A stretch of 64,000 bases of DNA from Euglena gracilis (GCA_039621445.1 CP154954.1:11216716-11280715), one strand, 5' to 3'. Counted from the first letter of the stretch, positions 14,119 through 27,100 are shown. Numbers and translations are program-made. The notes: generated by a model from the letters alone, not told the origin.

Positions 14119-14551
14119 CGAGGACCACTGTCGGGCCGGAGAGAAACGACCGCCTGGTTCCCCATGGACCCTCCTCGGCCAGAAGGGGTATCCCTCCCGA
14201 ACTCCCGGCCGTGCTGATCGGAACCTGTGGGTGGGCGCCGCGGTGACTCACTTATCAGCCATAAACTCCCCTTCCACGGATCCAGCTTCACAGTGGATCC
14301 CGCTCGAGACACACGGGCTCTGCTTTCACCCAGGGCGGGTGTACGTGCTTCCTCGTCGCCCCGGTACACGGCCACAGCAATTCGAAGGTCGGGAAACCCA
14401 TGAGTGCGTGACAGGACGACACCCGGCGGCCGGGGGGGGACATCGAGCGGGGTAGCCCAGGACTCTGCAGCGAACAGCAAACGCTGCACACGGTTGGCTA
14501 GTCACGGCACACCTCGAACCGACCCGGACGGCGCGAACACTTGCAAGGACT

Positions 14552-16444
14552 GTGGAGACAACACCAGCCGTGTCAGTACAGGATGAACCTGTATCGACAC
14601 CGGCGGTACCACCGGAGGCACGGGATGAACCCGTATCTCATGGTACAGCCACAGTCACGGCAGAGAAGCGTCAAGGCACACGGACACCGGCGCCTGAAAA
14701 ACAGGCCGAGCGGGCGTCCATGCCTCCACCACAGGCTCAGCCAGCGCGAAGTGCACAGGCTAGGCCTACACCAACACCATCCCCCACGGCTACCCCTGGG
14801 AAACCTTCGGGAGCCGCGAAGGAGCGTGTAGGACGACCATCAGCTCGGGAAACCCCTGCTGAAGGTCAACGACGTTCGGCGTCGGGGAAAAGACCCCCGT
14901 CCCAAGCGTCACCACGCACGTGGGCAAGCAAGCGAGACGCCGAGCGGCGGCCCTCGGAGACTCCGGAAGCCGGAAGCCCGAAGGCCCCGGCGAAAAGTAA
15001 GCCGGGCGCCGCACCTTGCAAACCCACACCGAAATCTGGTGATCAGCCCCCACCGAAAGGCGGTGGTGCTGCTGGCGGCCAGAGTGCTGCATCCTCCTCT
15101 CGGGGATTAACCTCGGGACAAGGATTCACGCACGTCACGTCATCCGGCTATGGGAAAACCTCACAGCCGAAACCTCCGTCAAAGGGGCTGGGAAAATCCC
15201 GCGCCTCGACAGCCGAGACACCTTCAGAAGACGAAGTTGTCATCGACTGGAACGCGATCAATCAGGATGACCCTGACATTCATGACCTGAAAAACAGGTA
15301 CATGATGATCGCACATAAATTGAGGACACAGCAATGCCTTAACCGGTGGATTGAGCCACTGTTCTGTCAGGGACGGAAATGGTCCTTTGATCAGAATGTG
15401 ACCTGTAATTATTACAATTCCAGATCTCCCCGTGTTTTGGCCCAATTCTTCGGTGAGGAATTCCTCATCGACAAAACAACGGAAAACCGTTTTGTGTGGC
15501 TTTGCACTGTATGCCACAAGATGTACAACAGTGCACTTGACCTGGGATTACCCCTCGTCCATGTGTGCAACCCTGTGGATCGGAAATCGTTCCACAAGGA
15601 TGTATACATCCCTAAATGTGCCGCCTTGGTATGCGCCAAGTGCGTGGACAGTTGGACCCACAAGCACAATTTCAGCTACACAGACCGAGACGGTACGAAT
15701 GTACCAGTTCTCTGCGTCAACTGCCTTCGAGGTACCTTCTGGCACACTGCGGAAGGCGCAGTACGCACAATCGTGCCAAGTGCCGAGAAGCCACTGGAGG
15801 AATACTCCACATTGAAACTCATGTTCAAGGACTTTTTCAAGTATGCCAACCTCAAGCTCGACGACTACCGCCACACGGGAATGGCCCGTGGGTGGCAGAT
15901 CGACAGTGGGGCGATACGCCTCGCTGCTGAGGAGGCAGGGGTAAGATTACCTTACCTCTGGGAGACAGCAGACAGGGAAAAGATACTTTTCCGCCTGTTC
16001 CAAAACCAGGACCGAAACGGTCGCTGGTGCCTGCCACAATGGCCACCCGAAAACCACGGGATGACCTGGAAAGACTGGCTTGGGGCCGTATTACGACCCC
16101 ATACAGTCCGGGCGGAATGCGCCTATCACATGCCGATTGACTTCCACCCGGGGAATGCCCCGCAGGTGTCAGCCAATCACCCAAGGATGAACTACTTCAT
16201 CTGGCCAGCAACTCTGCCCAGGAAATTCTGGGAGAAGCTGCAATGGTTCCTCGCAGAAAGAGCGAGTGCAACCAAGCACACAGTCCCCGAAGGATGGGTT
16301 CGGGACTGGGTGGCACCTGATTTCGAATACGAATCGCCAGAAACCTGGCTCGTAGATAGGCCACCACCACCTCAATTCCAGATGGTCCTTGTGGAAGATC
16401 CCTTGGACTCCCGCCATGATTATTGGCGGCTGGAACGGATGTAA
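14552..16444 (+). CDS. Orphan Cys-rich protein paralog A (630 aa, N-terminally truncated at the fold-back junction): low-complexity P/S/A/T N-terminus, then a putative zinc-binding domain
   Basis: Long intronless ORF with CTVC..HVC..CAALVCAKC..CVNC, conserved in paralog B (also NRWIxPLF, RSPRVLAQxFGE, YRHTGMAR, PQVxANHPRMNYxIWP, LVEDPL). Confidence 0.75.
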   Translation: METTPAVSVQDEPVSTPAVPPEARDEPVSHGTATVTAEKRQGTRTPAPEKQAERASMPPPQAQPARSAQARPTPTPSPTATPGKPSGAAKERVGRPSARETPAEGQRRSASGKRPPSQASPRTWASKRDAERRPSETPEAGSPKAPAKSKPGAAPCKPTPKSGDQPPPKGGGAAGGQSAASSSRGLTSGQGFTHVTSSGYGKTSQPKPPSKGLGKSRASTAETPSEDEVVIDWNAINQDDPDIHDLKNRYMMIAHKLRTQQCLNRWIEPLFCQGRKWSFDQNVTCNYYNSRSPRVLAQFFGEEFLIDKTTENRFVWLCTVCHKMYNSALDLGLPLVHVCNPVDRKSFHKDVYIPKCAALVCAKCVDSWTHKHNFSYTDRDGTNVPVLCVNCLRGTFWHTAEGAVRTIVPSAEKPLEEYSTLKLMFKDFFKYANLKLDDYRHTGMARGWQIDSGAIRLAAEEAGVRLPYLWETADREKILFRLFQNQDRNGRWCLPQWPPENHGMTWKDWLGAVLRPHTVRAECAYHMPIDFHPGNAPQVSANHPRMNYFIWPATLPRKFWEKLQWFLAERASATKHTVPEGWVRDWVAPDFEYESPETWLVDRPPPPQFQMVLVEDPLDSRHDYWRLERM

Positions 16445-16805
16445 TGCCGAAACGGCATTACCAGGCTCATGTAAGGTAAGTGCCTTCATGGAGCCTGGAC
16501 ATCCATATACTATACATATATATATATATATATACATTGGTAGCGGAAATCGCTGAACAGCCCTGGGATGAACCTGGGTCTGTGTCACTCTACGCTCTGG
16601 ATGGAAGCATCCAAGAGCCCCCCCCCCCGCCACGAGCCCCCCCCCATCCGGACGGAAACCGTCTGCAAGAGGTAATCGCCTCTTATTGCGTCGTGAAGGA
16701 GCTACTGCTGTGAAGACCTTGGCAGCCGGGAAACCTGGCAAGCCGCTAAGTGACACACAGCACACAGCGCGCACGCCGTAATAATAGGCCAACTTGTCAC
16801 TTTTC

Positions 16806-17790
16806 GGCCCTAAGGCCTCTTAAGGCTGCCAGACAGCAAAAATTCTGTTCTGGCCTAAGCCAGCCCCCCTCTCCTCCCTACTTCCCCCCCACCCCCGCAA
16901 AGCTGTCGCCGGCAGTCGGTTTTGTAAGTAGGCTTTTGTTTCCTAGTGCGGATATGACCGCCTAGGAGCCCTATCCGGGTATGACTAGGATAGGAGCCTG
17001 CCCCCCCCCTTCCACACCTCTCCCCTCGGGTTTTCAGCGAATCGCTTGACCAACCCTGCGTGCCTTTGGCACACCCAAAGTGGGTGGATGGGACACTTTG
17101 TCAGGAAACCTGCCAAGCCCCGTTTCCCACAGTGGGCTTTTTCACACCCCACCTAAGCCGAAACGGCTAATAGGTAACCGCGAAACGCGGCTAACCTTTT
17201 TTGCGTTTTTGGGCTTTGGGTGGATGCCACTGTGCGGAAAGGAGAGACACCGAATGGAGAAGTGAACCCCACCTGGGGCAGCGTCAGATATCCTGACTGG
17301 ACTGGGAAACCCTGGTCCATGAAGGAAATCGGGCGTAGCCCTGGGAGGGGGATGTGTACCAGGCACGTCCCAGCTCTGTAGGATATCTGCAGAGTGGGTT
17401 CTGTGACGGTCGCACCACTGTGGAAAACCACAGCTGGTAGGATCGTGGCATACCCTTCTTGGATCTGCCCCTGGACACGTCAGCACTTTTCTCTCCTTCC
17501 CCCACAGGTGGTATTCTTCACTGTCATCACTTCCAAGTTTGACCATTGGTTTTGTCAGAGGGAAAAACCCTCGGAACAATCGAACTTGATCTCAGAAGAA
17601 ACTTCTGAGTCTTTGCTTTGTGCTTTGCTTCTTGGGGAATTGGGAAGGAAAGGGGAAAACCACTTTTCGTTACTCCAAAGACTTTTCCCTACCATAAGTA
17701 GGCTGCGCACCAAGGCGAAAGCGAAAGGCTTTTACAGAAAGTTCCAAAAAGGGGAAAAGGGAAAGCTTTGGACGTACACTGTAAGCCGCA
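16806..17790. repeat. ~0.9-1 kb non-coding unit following paralog A; diverged direct copy at ~19592-20470 following paralog B
   Basis: Shared blocks TAAGGCTGCCAGACAGCA, GGCACACCCAAA, AGCCCTGGGAGGGGGATGTGTACCAGGC, CCACAGGTGGTATTC, CCAAGGCGAAAGCGAA, GACGTACACTG. Confidence 0.85.
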
Positions 17791-19327
17791 GGCATCGCCT
17801 CCTGATTCCGGGAGTGCGAGGCCTAAAAGATGCAAGCCTTGGTCTGCACCCTGTAAGCCCCCTGCCAAAGGCGGTGATGGGAAACCATCACCGAAAGGTG
17901 GCGCTGGAGGTCAGACTGCCGGACAGCCGAAAGGCCCTACGACAATGCACGACTATTCGGCCGTTGCATCGTCCGGGTACGGCCAGAGCAAACCGAAAGG
18001 TAAGGCTCGTGGTCGACAGGCCCAGTCTTCCGCCGGATCGACGGATGAGGAGCAGGACGAACCTGCTTCACCTCCCGTGTCTGCGGATGCCCAGCTCTGG
18101 ACTCAGGATATCCTGACCAGACTAGGCACCGTGGAAGAGAGGACGAAGAAACTGGCTGCTATTAGGCACCAGAAAGGGTCACTGAATCGATGGATTCAGC
18201 CCCTCTTCGTCCGAGGAGAACCTTTCCACTATGTCCCGGAACATACCTGGACATTCTGGAATAGGCGCTCACCCAGAGTACTGGCACAGTACTTTGGTGA
18301 GGACTGCGTGTTGGATTTCCAGCACGGCACGTCCTTTGCCTGGACGTGCACCGTGTGCCACCATGTGCGGCACAACCAACCGCTTGTGCATGTGTGCAAG
18401 CGGCAGGTGCAATCCTCGTGGTTCCATCACAGGGCAGAAGTGCCGAACTGTGTGGCGCTCGTATGTGGCGAGTGCCTGAACGCCTGGAAGCACAGCTTGA
18501 ACTACTCCTACAGTGAGAATGCTCACGACAGGGATATCCCTGCCTTGTGCATCAACTGTATAGGGGCCAAGTTCGTGCAGACTGCTGATGGAGCAGTCAC
18601 CACCATTGTCCCCCACCACTGGGAGACAATGGAGAAGTGGAAGAAGGAGTACAAACAGGTGGAAGGCCGCCTGAAGCACTCCGACTTCCGCAAGGTAGAA
18701 AGCTACCGCCACACGGGAATGGCCCGTGAGTTCCAGATCGACGCTTGGGCAATGCGCCTCGCCGTCGAGGAACACGCCAAGGTAAGAATGCCTTACCTCT
18801 GAACCGATGGCGACTGGGAGACACAGGTTTACCCCCTGTTCTCCAAGCGTCAGCATGGCGGATACGCCTTGCCACTGTGGCTTCCTGAAGAACACGATTT
18901 GGTGGACTTCAGAGGTTGGTTGGCGGCTGTATTACGGCCCCATACCGCAAGAGCTCGGACAGCGAGGTGGATGTATGACATCAACTTCAAGCAGACCCCG
19001 GGGATGCCCCCGCAGGTGCCTGCGAATCACCCCCGGATGAATTACATCATCTGGCCGGTGATGCTGCCCACAATTTTCTGGGAGCAGCTCCAACGGTATC
19101 TTCAGCATCATGCTGAACGTACCAGGGAGAAGCTGCCGGATAATTGGATCAAGGACTGGGAGACCCCTTCCTTTGATGTCAACGATCCGGAGCTCAACAC
19201 CATTCGGAGTGAATCAGCTCCGCCGCGTTCCCCACGCCAACTGGAGTTGGTTGAGGACCCATTAGGGGACCCCCAACACGACTACTGGCGTGAGGTGCGT
19301 GAACGTCCAGCCGATAAAGGCAGGTGA
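17768..19327 (+). pseudogene. Orphan Cys-rich protein paralog B, shorter N-terminus, in-frame TGA (18800-18802) at a Trp conserved in paralog A
   Basis: 17768..18802 and 18869..19327 are in the same frame; PYL*TDGD in B aligns with PYLWETAD in A. Confidence 0.75.
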
Positions 19328-20471
19328 GGTGTCTGTAAGCGCCAATGCGGCGGCTTTCAGAACCCTCGTCAGGTATTCGCCTGACCACCCTGTTTGGGTA
19401 TTCGCCCGAACACCCCTTCGAAACCCTTTGCGGTATTCGCCGCTAGTAAGTTCCCACCGGGATGCTGCCATGTGCAGGATTCCGTGCGCATGCATGCACA
19501 CCCCTCTCCCCTCTCCCCTCTCGCGGGTGCGACACGCAGCGCACAGGGCCGACGGCCTCTTTTCCTTTCCCTTTCTTTTCTTTTCGGCCGTTTGAGGCCT
19601 TAAGGCTGCCAGACAGCACAACTTTTCTGGCCTAAGCCAACCCCCCACTCCTCTCTACTTTCCCCCCGGGGCAAATGCTGTCGCCACTTTGTAGAGTAGG
19701 ATTTCCTTTTGCGTGGTCAGGTTTGACTGGCCATGCGCCCTGCCCAGGTTTGACTGGTCAGAGGCCCCCTCCTTCCACACCCTCCCCATGGGTTTTCCTA
19801 GAATGCCCATGGACTCAACCCCAAGTGCCTTGGGCACACCCAAACTGGGTGGATGGGTTTGCTTGGCAAGGAAACCTGCCAGCCCCATTTTCCCCAGCGG
19901 GCTGTAATATACTATATACCCATAAGCCACCGCAGAATGGGTGAAACCGTTTTGCGCGTTTTGGGCTTTTTGGGTCCCCTCCTTTCCGCCCCCCCCCCCT
20001 TTGAGTGGACCCCTGTGCGACGGAAAGGGCCCCTGTGGATGCGCCAGGGTGCACCTCCCACAGACCAGGTCTGTGTCCGAAATCCCTGTGGCCAGAATGC
20101 CTGGTCCAAAGGGGAAATGGGGCATAGCCCTGGGAGGGGGATGTGTACCAGGCGTATGCTTCTGTCCCCTTCCGTTGAGGAAGTTAGGATGGAAGCAGAT
20201 CCTATTAGGATTTCCTAATGGGTGCCCCTTCTCTCTCCACAGGTGGTATTCTGTTTTTCCCTTTGTCTTTCCTTTTCTCCGGACCGGACTTGGATATCCA
20301 GTCCGTCCTCCCTGCATTGCTCTGTGCTTTGCTTCTTGGGAAGTGGGAAAAGGGATTTTCTGTTACTCTGATTTTCAGTTCCCAAGTAGGTGCGCCAAGG
20401 CGAAAGCGAAGGCTTTTGGGAATTGGGAAAGGGGAATTGGGAATCAGACGTACACTGCTTCAGCCTCGGGG

Positions 20472-21188
20472 CTATGAAGTACAGTAGGGTTTATGAGATT
20501 CAGGGAGGCTATGGTCAGCGAGCTCTTCGGGGCATTGTCCCCAAACCAATTGTCGTCGAACCTCCCGGGCCAGAGTCATGCTTATTCCTTGCCAGCAGGT
20601 CCCCTCGACGCCCCTCCTCTCCCAGGCGTCGTGTTTGCATGCTAGCAACTTGATGCAGTTGCCAACAAAGGTGAGCGCACCATCCCCCATGCCACCATAA
20701 CCGTCCAACACAAAGGGTATGAATGTCCAGCCTCTGCGTTGGCAACCATCTCCATACTTCTTTATCTTTTCCAACTCTTGTGCCTCATGCCACCTGCCAA
20801 TATCCTCCAAGCCGGCGCGATTTCGCGAAGGCGCAAGTGGGTGACGAATGGTGACGTCGATGGCTGCTGGGCCGTTTGCATCGTACCTCATGACGAATAC
20901 GTCGCCTGGTCGTGAGCCATCTGGGGCACTTTCTTCCCTTCTGGCTGGGAAGCCTGTACGCTCCGCGAGCCCGAGGATGTGCGATTGCACCGCATTGTGC
21001 CGCCGGACAATTTTGTTTTTGTGGCAGCAGACAAGGTGGTGGCCTCTGACATCTGTGGGGTTGTGGCATCTTGGGCAGGCAGGTGGGCTGTCCGTAGCGC
21101 TGACCACCGGGGCACCCAGACACCACTGGACGATCGCCTGAAATTCTCTGGTGGGAATCAGTGTTTTGGTCGACGCACACGGTGTCAA
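20472..21188 (-). mobile_element. 5'-truncated CRE-clade element, family 2 (238-aa zinc knuckle and endonuclease fragment)
   Basis: CxxC-Hx3C, RHNAV, RPGD, DVTI and KxxKY motifs of restriction-like endonucleases. Confidence 0.85.
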
Positions 21189-21206
21189 TGAGGCCCATGT
21201 CGACTG

Positions 21207-22980
21207 CGGTGGTGGGGCGAACCGAATCCACCGACCAGTGGCACAGCCTACTGGGTTTGAAGGTCCGGAGGAGGTTAACAGTATATACAGGTGGTGCAGG
21301 GCAGGGCAGGAGGAAAACGGGCAAGGCCCATCTTCAATATAAGGCGCAGAGGGACGGCTGTTGTGGCCGACGGCTGGGGTGGCTGACGGTAGGGGTGAGG
21401 CGGCCTGCTTGGCGCGGGCGGGAGGGCGGGCGGATGGTTGTGGTGTGTTGGTGTGCGTGTGTGCGTGTGTGGGTGTGGGTGTGTGTGCGTGTGTGGGTGT
21501 GGGTGTGTGGTTGTGTTGTGTGTGGGTTTTTTTTTATTTATTTTTTTTGCCATACACTCCTCCCGTGGTTAACGGAGGACGTGCTTGGGTTGTAAGAGGT
21601 GGAACACTTCTCGGAGCAAGGCGATGGCCACATTTTTGTAGATTTCCGCTTGCTTGGTTTCGCGCTCAGCGCCCTGTTGCCAGGACGATGCGCGTTTGGC
21701 CACTCTGCTCAGTGTCTTGGCCGTTTCCGGTCCCATGCCACCCCATGTCCCGAGGGCGAAAGGTGTGAAGCCCCACCCTGCTTGCTGACATGGCACGTTG
21801 TATTTCTGTTTTTTGGCGTCCTCCCTCCTCTTCAGGAAGGATCTCCAGCGTTCGCGGGTCGCTGTGTGTTCTGCCGCTTGCCATCCGTGGCAGACGGTAA
21901 CGTCCAGCGCCGTCGGCTTCCCCTCGGACCAGCAGTCCAGCAGGAGGTCCGCCGGGCGTAGGTGACTGTCTCGGGCCGTTGGCAGGGAAACTTCCTTCTG
22001 CACCCGGTGACCGCTGTTGGACAAGGTTTGAAACAGAGCGTCCTGAACAGCGTTGTGCCGGGCTGAGAAGTTGTTCCTGCGGCAGCAAAGCAGGTGGTCG
22101 CCTTCCTGGTCCAGAGGCTGGCCGCACCCTGTGCACGGCTGGCTGACGTCCTCCAGCACCGGAAGCCCTAACCACCACTTCAGTCCCAAGGTGTACTCCT
22201 CGCTAGAGAAGGTGGTGTGGGAGTTGTTGGAAGGGGTGGCCGCCATCCACCCGTGTCCGAACCCCGTGGCTTGTTCAAGGAGGCGGTTCTGGTCGCGGGG
22301 CCGGGCCTGGTCCACAAGGCCATCCATCGCCTTTTTGCCCAGCTCGTGGTTCCACCACTTTTGCCTCCGGGGTTCTTGGTCCGCGGAGGCGAGTCGTTGT
22401 GGGTTGTGGAGGAAGGTGGTGACCGTGGCATGGTTGGCTCCTAGCCCCGGAGGTCGTCCAGGACGGGCGCGACCAGGGGTAGCTGCAGGCCGGATGCGTA
22501 GTCGGGCACACACACGCGCCTGGCCCCGTCTGAGTAGAAGTCTGCAAGGCAGGAGATCCTGGCTGCGGGCTGAGTGCAGGACGGGACGCGGAGGCCGCAG
22601 CCCCCGCTGGATAGGGGCAGCGACGCTTGTGTCCGCTGTTGTGGGTTCAGTGCCGTGCCCAGTATGTCCTCGAAGGCGTTCATGATGACCTCCGAGCAGC
22701 CTGTAACCTGATCTTGGCTGCCATACGAGTCGGACGCGCGAAGGAGGTGGTTCACTTTGCAGCCGCATAAGGTGATGTGCCACCTGGGCGTCGGTGAGGG
22801 CCGTTATGGTAGATGAGGCCTTCTCGATCTTGGCGGCAGCATCCGCCCACGCTTTCTTGGTGGTGTCGGAGGACGCGGGGTGGTCTACTGGGATTCCGAG
22901 CACGGTAATGCCTTCCCCTGGTGACCAAGGGACCACTTGCAATCTGAGGCCCATGCCATGAGGCCCATGCCATGGCATTT
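21207..22980 (-). mobile_element. 5'-truncated CRE-clade element, family 1
   Basis: Mirror of 5186-7035; RPADLLL, ALDVTV, KKQKY. Confidence 0.85.
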
Positions 22981-23052
22981 GGCTTCATCTGGCAGGAGAA
23001 CTTCAATTTTTCTGTCCCTTCCAAGGCGGCGTGCAGCCTCTGAGGGCAATAA

Positions 23053-23508
23053 CGGTGGTGGGGCGAACCGAATCCACCGACCAGTGGCGCAGCCTACTGG
23101 GTTTGAAGGTCCGGAGGAGGTTAAAAGTATATACAAGGTGGTGCAGGGCAGGGCAGGAGGAAAACGGGCAAGGCCCATCTTCAATATAAGGCGCTGAGGG
23201 ACGGCTGGAGTGGTTGACGGCTGGGGTGGCTGACGGTAGGGGTGAGGCGGCCGGCTTGGCGCGGGCGGGGGGCGGGCGGATGGTTGTGGTGTTTTGGTGT
23301 GCGTGTGTGCGTGTGTGGGTGTGGGTGTGTGTGCGTGTGTGGGTGTGGGTGTGTGGTTGTGTTGTGGGTGTGTGTGTGTGTTGTTGTTGTTTTTTTTTTT
23401 TTTCTCCTACCTCCTCCCGTGGTTAACGGAGGACGTGCTTGGGTTGTAAGAGGTGGAACACTTCTCGGAGCAAGGCGATGGCCACATTCTGGTAGATTTC
23501 TGCTTGCT
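23053..23508 (-). mobile_element. Extra, heavily 5'-truncated family-1 CRE copy (last ~27 codons and 3' UTR); absent from the left arm
   Basis: Encodes QAEIYQNVAIALLREVFHLLQPKHVLR* with the same UTR ending GGTTCGCCCCACCACCG. Confidence 0.85.
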
Positions 23509-23815
23509 TTGAGTCGTTGAATTCTGGGTCCAACCACGCCTCCATCAGCCGTTATTCCATTTCCAGAGAATCGGTCAAATTTCACATGCACTGAAATTTG
23601 ATATTTGATGACAGTTGTTTCAAACTTGGACCAGTCTGGTTTGCAACAGGGGGACCTTGGGGTTTTCTGGATTTCTTTGTTTCAAACCAAAGGGACCAGT
23701 GATTCTGTTTTTCCCATTCTCAACACTTGCCCATTTTAGCACATATTTGCCCAATATTTTGTATAATTGTTGAAGTTGTCTATGTTAGTTCTAAATTCAA
23801 CTTCTTCGCCAGTGG

Positions 23816-23826
23816 GTTTTTTCCAG
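23816..23826 (+). promoter_or_regulatory. Candidate spliced-leader trans-splice acceptor
   Basis: GTTTTTTCCAG immediately followed by AGC-ATG (23830). Euglenozoan mRNAs are generally SL trans-spliced, so this is an inference. Confidence 0.5.
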
Positions 23827-23829
23827 AGC

Positions 23830-24179
23830 ATGATCGGTCACGCCCTGCAAGCCGCCACCGGCCGACGTGAGCACCACCCTGCTTTGGTTATGTACCTTCT
23901 CACCATCCTTCTCCTCTGTCTTGCCATCCTCCTGGGGTTCATTTCGCTGTTTGTTCCCTGGGTTCAAATGGATGCCGCCATCGGCACCCGTGTCTTTTCG
24001 TACCCATTCAAGACGTGCTATGTTCAAACCTTCAGCCCTGTGCATCAGCAGACTTGCATGGACAACGACTTCATCGTCGGCCCCAAGGGTGCCCCCTTGA
24101 CCGGAGGAAACAACACGTGCAAGCAATTCCTCCTTGTTGCGATCGCCCTTGGGTTCGTTGGCTTCCTTATTGCACTTCT
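23830..24179 (+). CDS. Exon 1 of a four-TM claudin/amastin-like membrane protein (257 aa spliced)
   Basis: TM1 YLLTILLLCLAILLGFISLFVPW, extracellular loop PFKTC..C..C, then TM2. The four exons sum to 774 nt in frame. Confidence 0.8.
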
Positions 24180-27100
24180 GACAAGGGTTTCGGCTCTCAT
24201 ACTCATACTCTTTCACGCACTTTTCCGTCAGTCGATCCACGCCAAAACCACTCGATTCACACCCTTTCGTCATAAATCACAGATGATGTTGACCTTATGA
24301 CGTCATTCCTCAGCTGCACACTCCTGGATGACGTCACACGGTTCCAACTGAACAAGGCGAAATAGGGTGTGGATGGACTTATGAAATTGATGCGCAGGCA
24401 TGAGATATGGAGGTCGGTCTGACCAGGTCGGCCCGTCCTCCACTTTTTCTTTTGATTGGTTCAAAATGTTTTAAACAAAAACTTCCAAAAATGGCCAAAA
24501 AAGCCAGCTCCATAAAACGCAGCACGCTGTGTTTTCCCACTCCAAACAGAGCATTTTTTCTTGGACCTGGCATCATAAACTGAAAATATTTCGGAAACAA
24601 GATTCTGGGTGATACTGCGGGAACAGATGGGAAATTTTGTTTTTGAACCCTTTTCCGGGAAACCAACCCTCCAGAGCCCAACTCCTCACGGTTCCAGAGC
24701 GGCTCGGTGTTTGACCCGGTCCAAAATCCATGTTTCTTTTCCCATCCATGTTTCATTTTAGCTTGTTGTGTGTGGAGCACTTTGGGTACCCCTTCGTTAA
24801 ACGACCCCCACCGAAAATTTTCAAGTTGGATGGGTTATTTGAGGAGTAGGGTTAGGGCAACATGGCCATGTTGCCCTAACCCTACCTCCTTCAAATAGCC
24901 CAATGATAACCCATTTGGGTGGGGGTCGTTTAGCGAAGGAGTACCCACTTTTGTTACTCCTTCGCTAAACGACCCCCACCCAGAATTTTACAAGTCGGCC
25001 TTGGAAAAGAATAAAAAGAAAAACAGGGTTAGGGTTAGGAGTAGGGTTAGGGTTCGGGTTGGGTCAGGGTCAGGGTGGGGTTAGGGTCAGGGTGCATCAC
25101 ACAATAACGTGATAAATTGGCCCCTACAGGGTACCAGCTACCCCAAAGACCCGCCCAACCAGGGTTAATACACATGGGTGGACCCTCGCTCTGCCTTCGG
25201 CGCCTTGCTCGGGTCCACCCATGTTGGTCAACCCTGGTTGGGCGGCTCTTTGGGTTCGCTAGAGGCCAATATAACGAAGCTGAGTGGGAATGGTTCAACT
25301 GGTTGCATGAGACACTTAACCCCAACCCTACTCCTTTAAATAGCGTCATAATACCACATTTTGGGGCTCAAGGGGGCTTCCTTGTCCACATGGGTGGAAC
25401 GGCTATACCACCCCCCCCCCTTTATTTGAGCACACCCACGGGCCAACGGACCCCCCAAATGCTCAAAGGGGCACAGCCAGGGTTACGGCTGCCACAAAAA
25501 TCCTCTGTGAAAAATTTCTTTGTGTGCAAGTCTTTAGGTAAACACTGTTGTAGGGGTAAACACTATTGTTCACGGGCAAACGCTGTTGATGAACTTAGTC
25601 CCCCCAGATTGGCAGTTGGGGTTAGGGTCAGCGTTAGGGTTTGGGCTCGTTGCGGGAAATTGGTGTTGGATTTTGGTGGTCGCTAGCGACTGTTGGTGAT
25701 GGCCTAGCGACCATTGGTGATTGGGCCGACCAGTCGACCACCAATAATTACTCCCCCCCCCCTAAAACAGTTTCCAGGCCCCCTCCCCAAAAAAATCAAA
25801 CAAATGTGAAGGAAAATGACTCGAAACCCACCCAAATGCCTTCAAAAACCTCCATTCGGGGTCAATTTGTAAAAAAAATTGGGTAGTGAGTTCTTTTTGG
25901 GCTGTTCTGCTGAAGGCGCCTGTGCAAGCTGCCGCTGCACAACAAAATCCCCTTGTGTGTGCAAGGCAACAATGGCCGAATCGAGCTCCCTGGTGAACTT
26001 AGTCGGCCAACGGTCTCCGCCTGCCCCCCCCCCCCACACGGACACCCCCACCCTCCAACAGCAAAATACCCTTGTGTGTGCAAGGCAACGATGGCCAAAT
26101 CACGCTCCGTGATGAACTTGGCCAACGGCCTCCTCCTGCCCCCCCCCCACGGACGCCCCACCCTCCAATGGCAATATCCCCTTGTGTATGCAGGGCAACG
26201 CTGGCCGTATTGCCATCCCTGATGAAGGGTCAGGGTTAGGCAGCGGTGGGATAGCGAAACAGTACCGATGTATTATAACATTCCGATTATTTTCCCCGGT
26301 GGAATATCCCCCCCCCACTTTTCGCCCGAAAACAGGAAAGTTGGACCTGGGTGATTATTTCCCCCCCCAAATTTTTCAGATGATCCGGATGGTAGACAAA
26401 CTCAAAGCCAGTACACAGGCTGTGCTTGACTCACAATTTGCGGCGAGGGTGCAAATTGTTTATTTGTGAGTGCAGTTTGCAAGCTGTGCATCCAGCTGCG
26501 CAGCAATGGCATCGACATCGGCAGCCGGAGCGTCGTCATGACACTCGGCGTCAAGGCCGTCGTCAATGTCAACCTCCTCCCCCTGCCCCTGCCCAGAAAG
26601 TTGGTTAGATGAAGAAGCGGAGTCTGCAGGAGGTAAACCCGGGCGATTATTCCCCCGCCTCCTAGTTTTCGGCTCCTGGGGGGGGGGAATAATCAAAAAT
26701 TGATAGTACCAGGCATGCCCCCTCATGCATGGACCATGCTCCCCGCTGGATGTCACTTTGCGAAAATGGCACCTGAATTTACACCCCCGCCCCTTCAAAA
26801 ACCAAATTGTGCCTCTTATCCCTCATCAGACAAAGAAAAATTGGTACTTGTTCGCAACTCGACCGCCACCTCCAAAATGACCAATGACCTCCAAAAGTTT
26901 CCTTGAGCCCAGAAACGGGGTGTTATGGTGTTATTTGAAGAACAGGGTAGGGTTGTGACATGCCCAGCCAAATGCTCGGCTGCCGAAGGGCAGGGCAGAA
27001 CGGGAATCGGCCAAACAGCCAGGGTGGTGGGGGGGGTCGACCACCCCCCCCCCCACCACCTCTTACATCCACCACAGGATTTTGACCAGAAAATTTTTTG

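Noticed and set aside
17598-17630. ACTTCTGAGT resembles the start of the Euglena spliced leader
   Set aside because: Only ~10 nt match; no following GT donor or Sm site; the paralogous block differs.
18800-18802. TGA-as-Trp alternative genetic code
   Set aside because: Single instance; TGA terminates other ORFs here (38472, 61330) and Trp is otherwise TGG, so a nonsense mutation is simpler.
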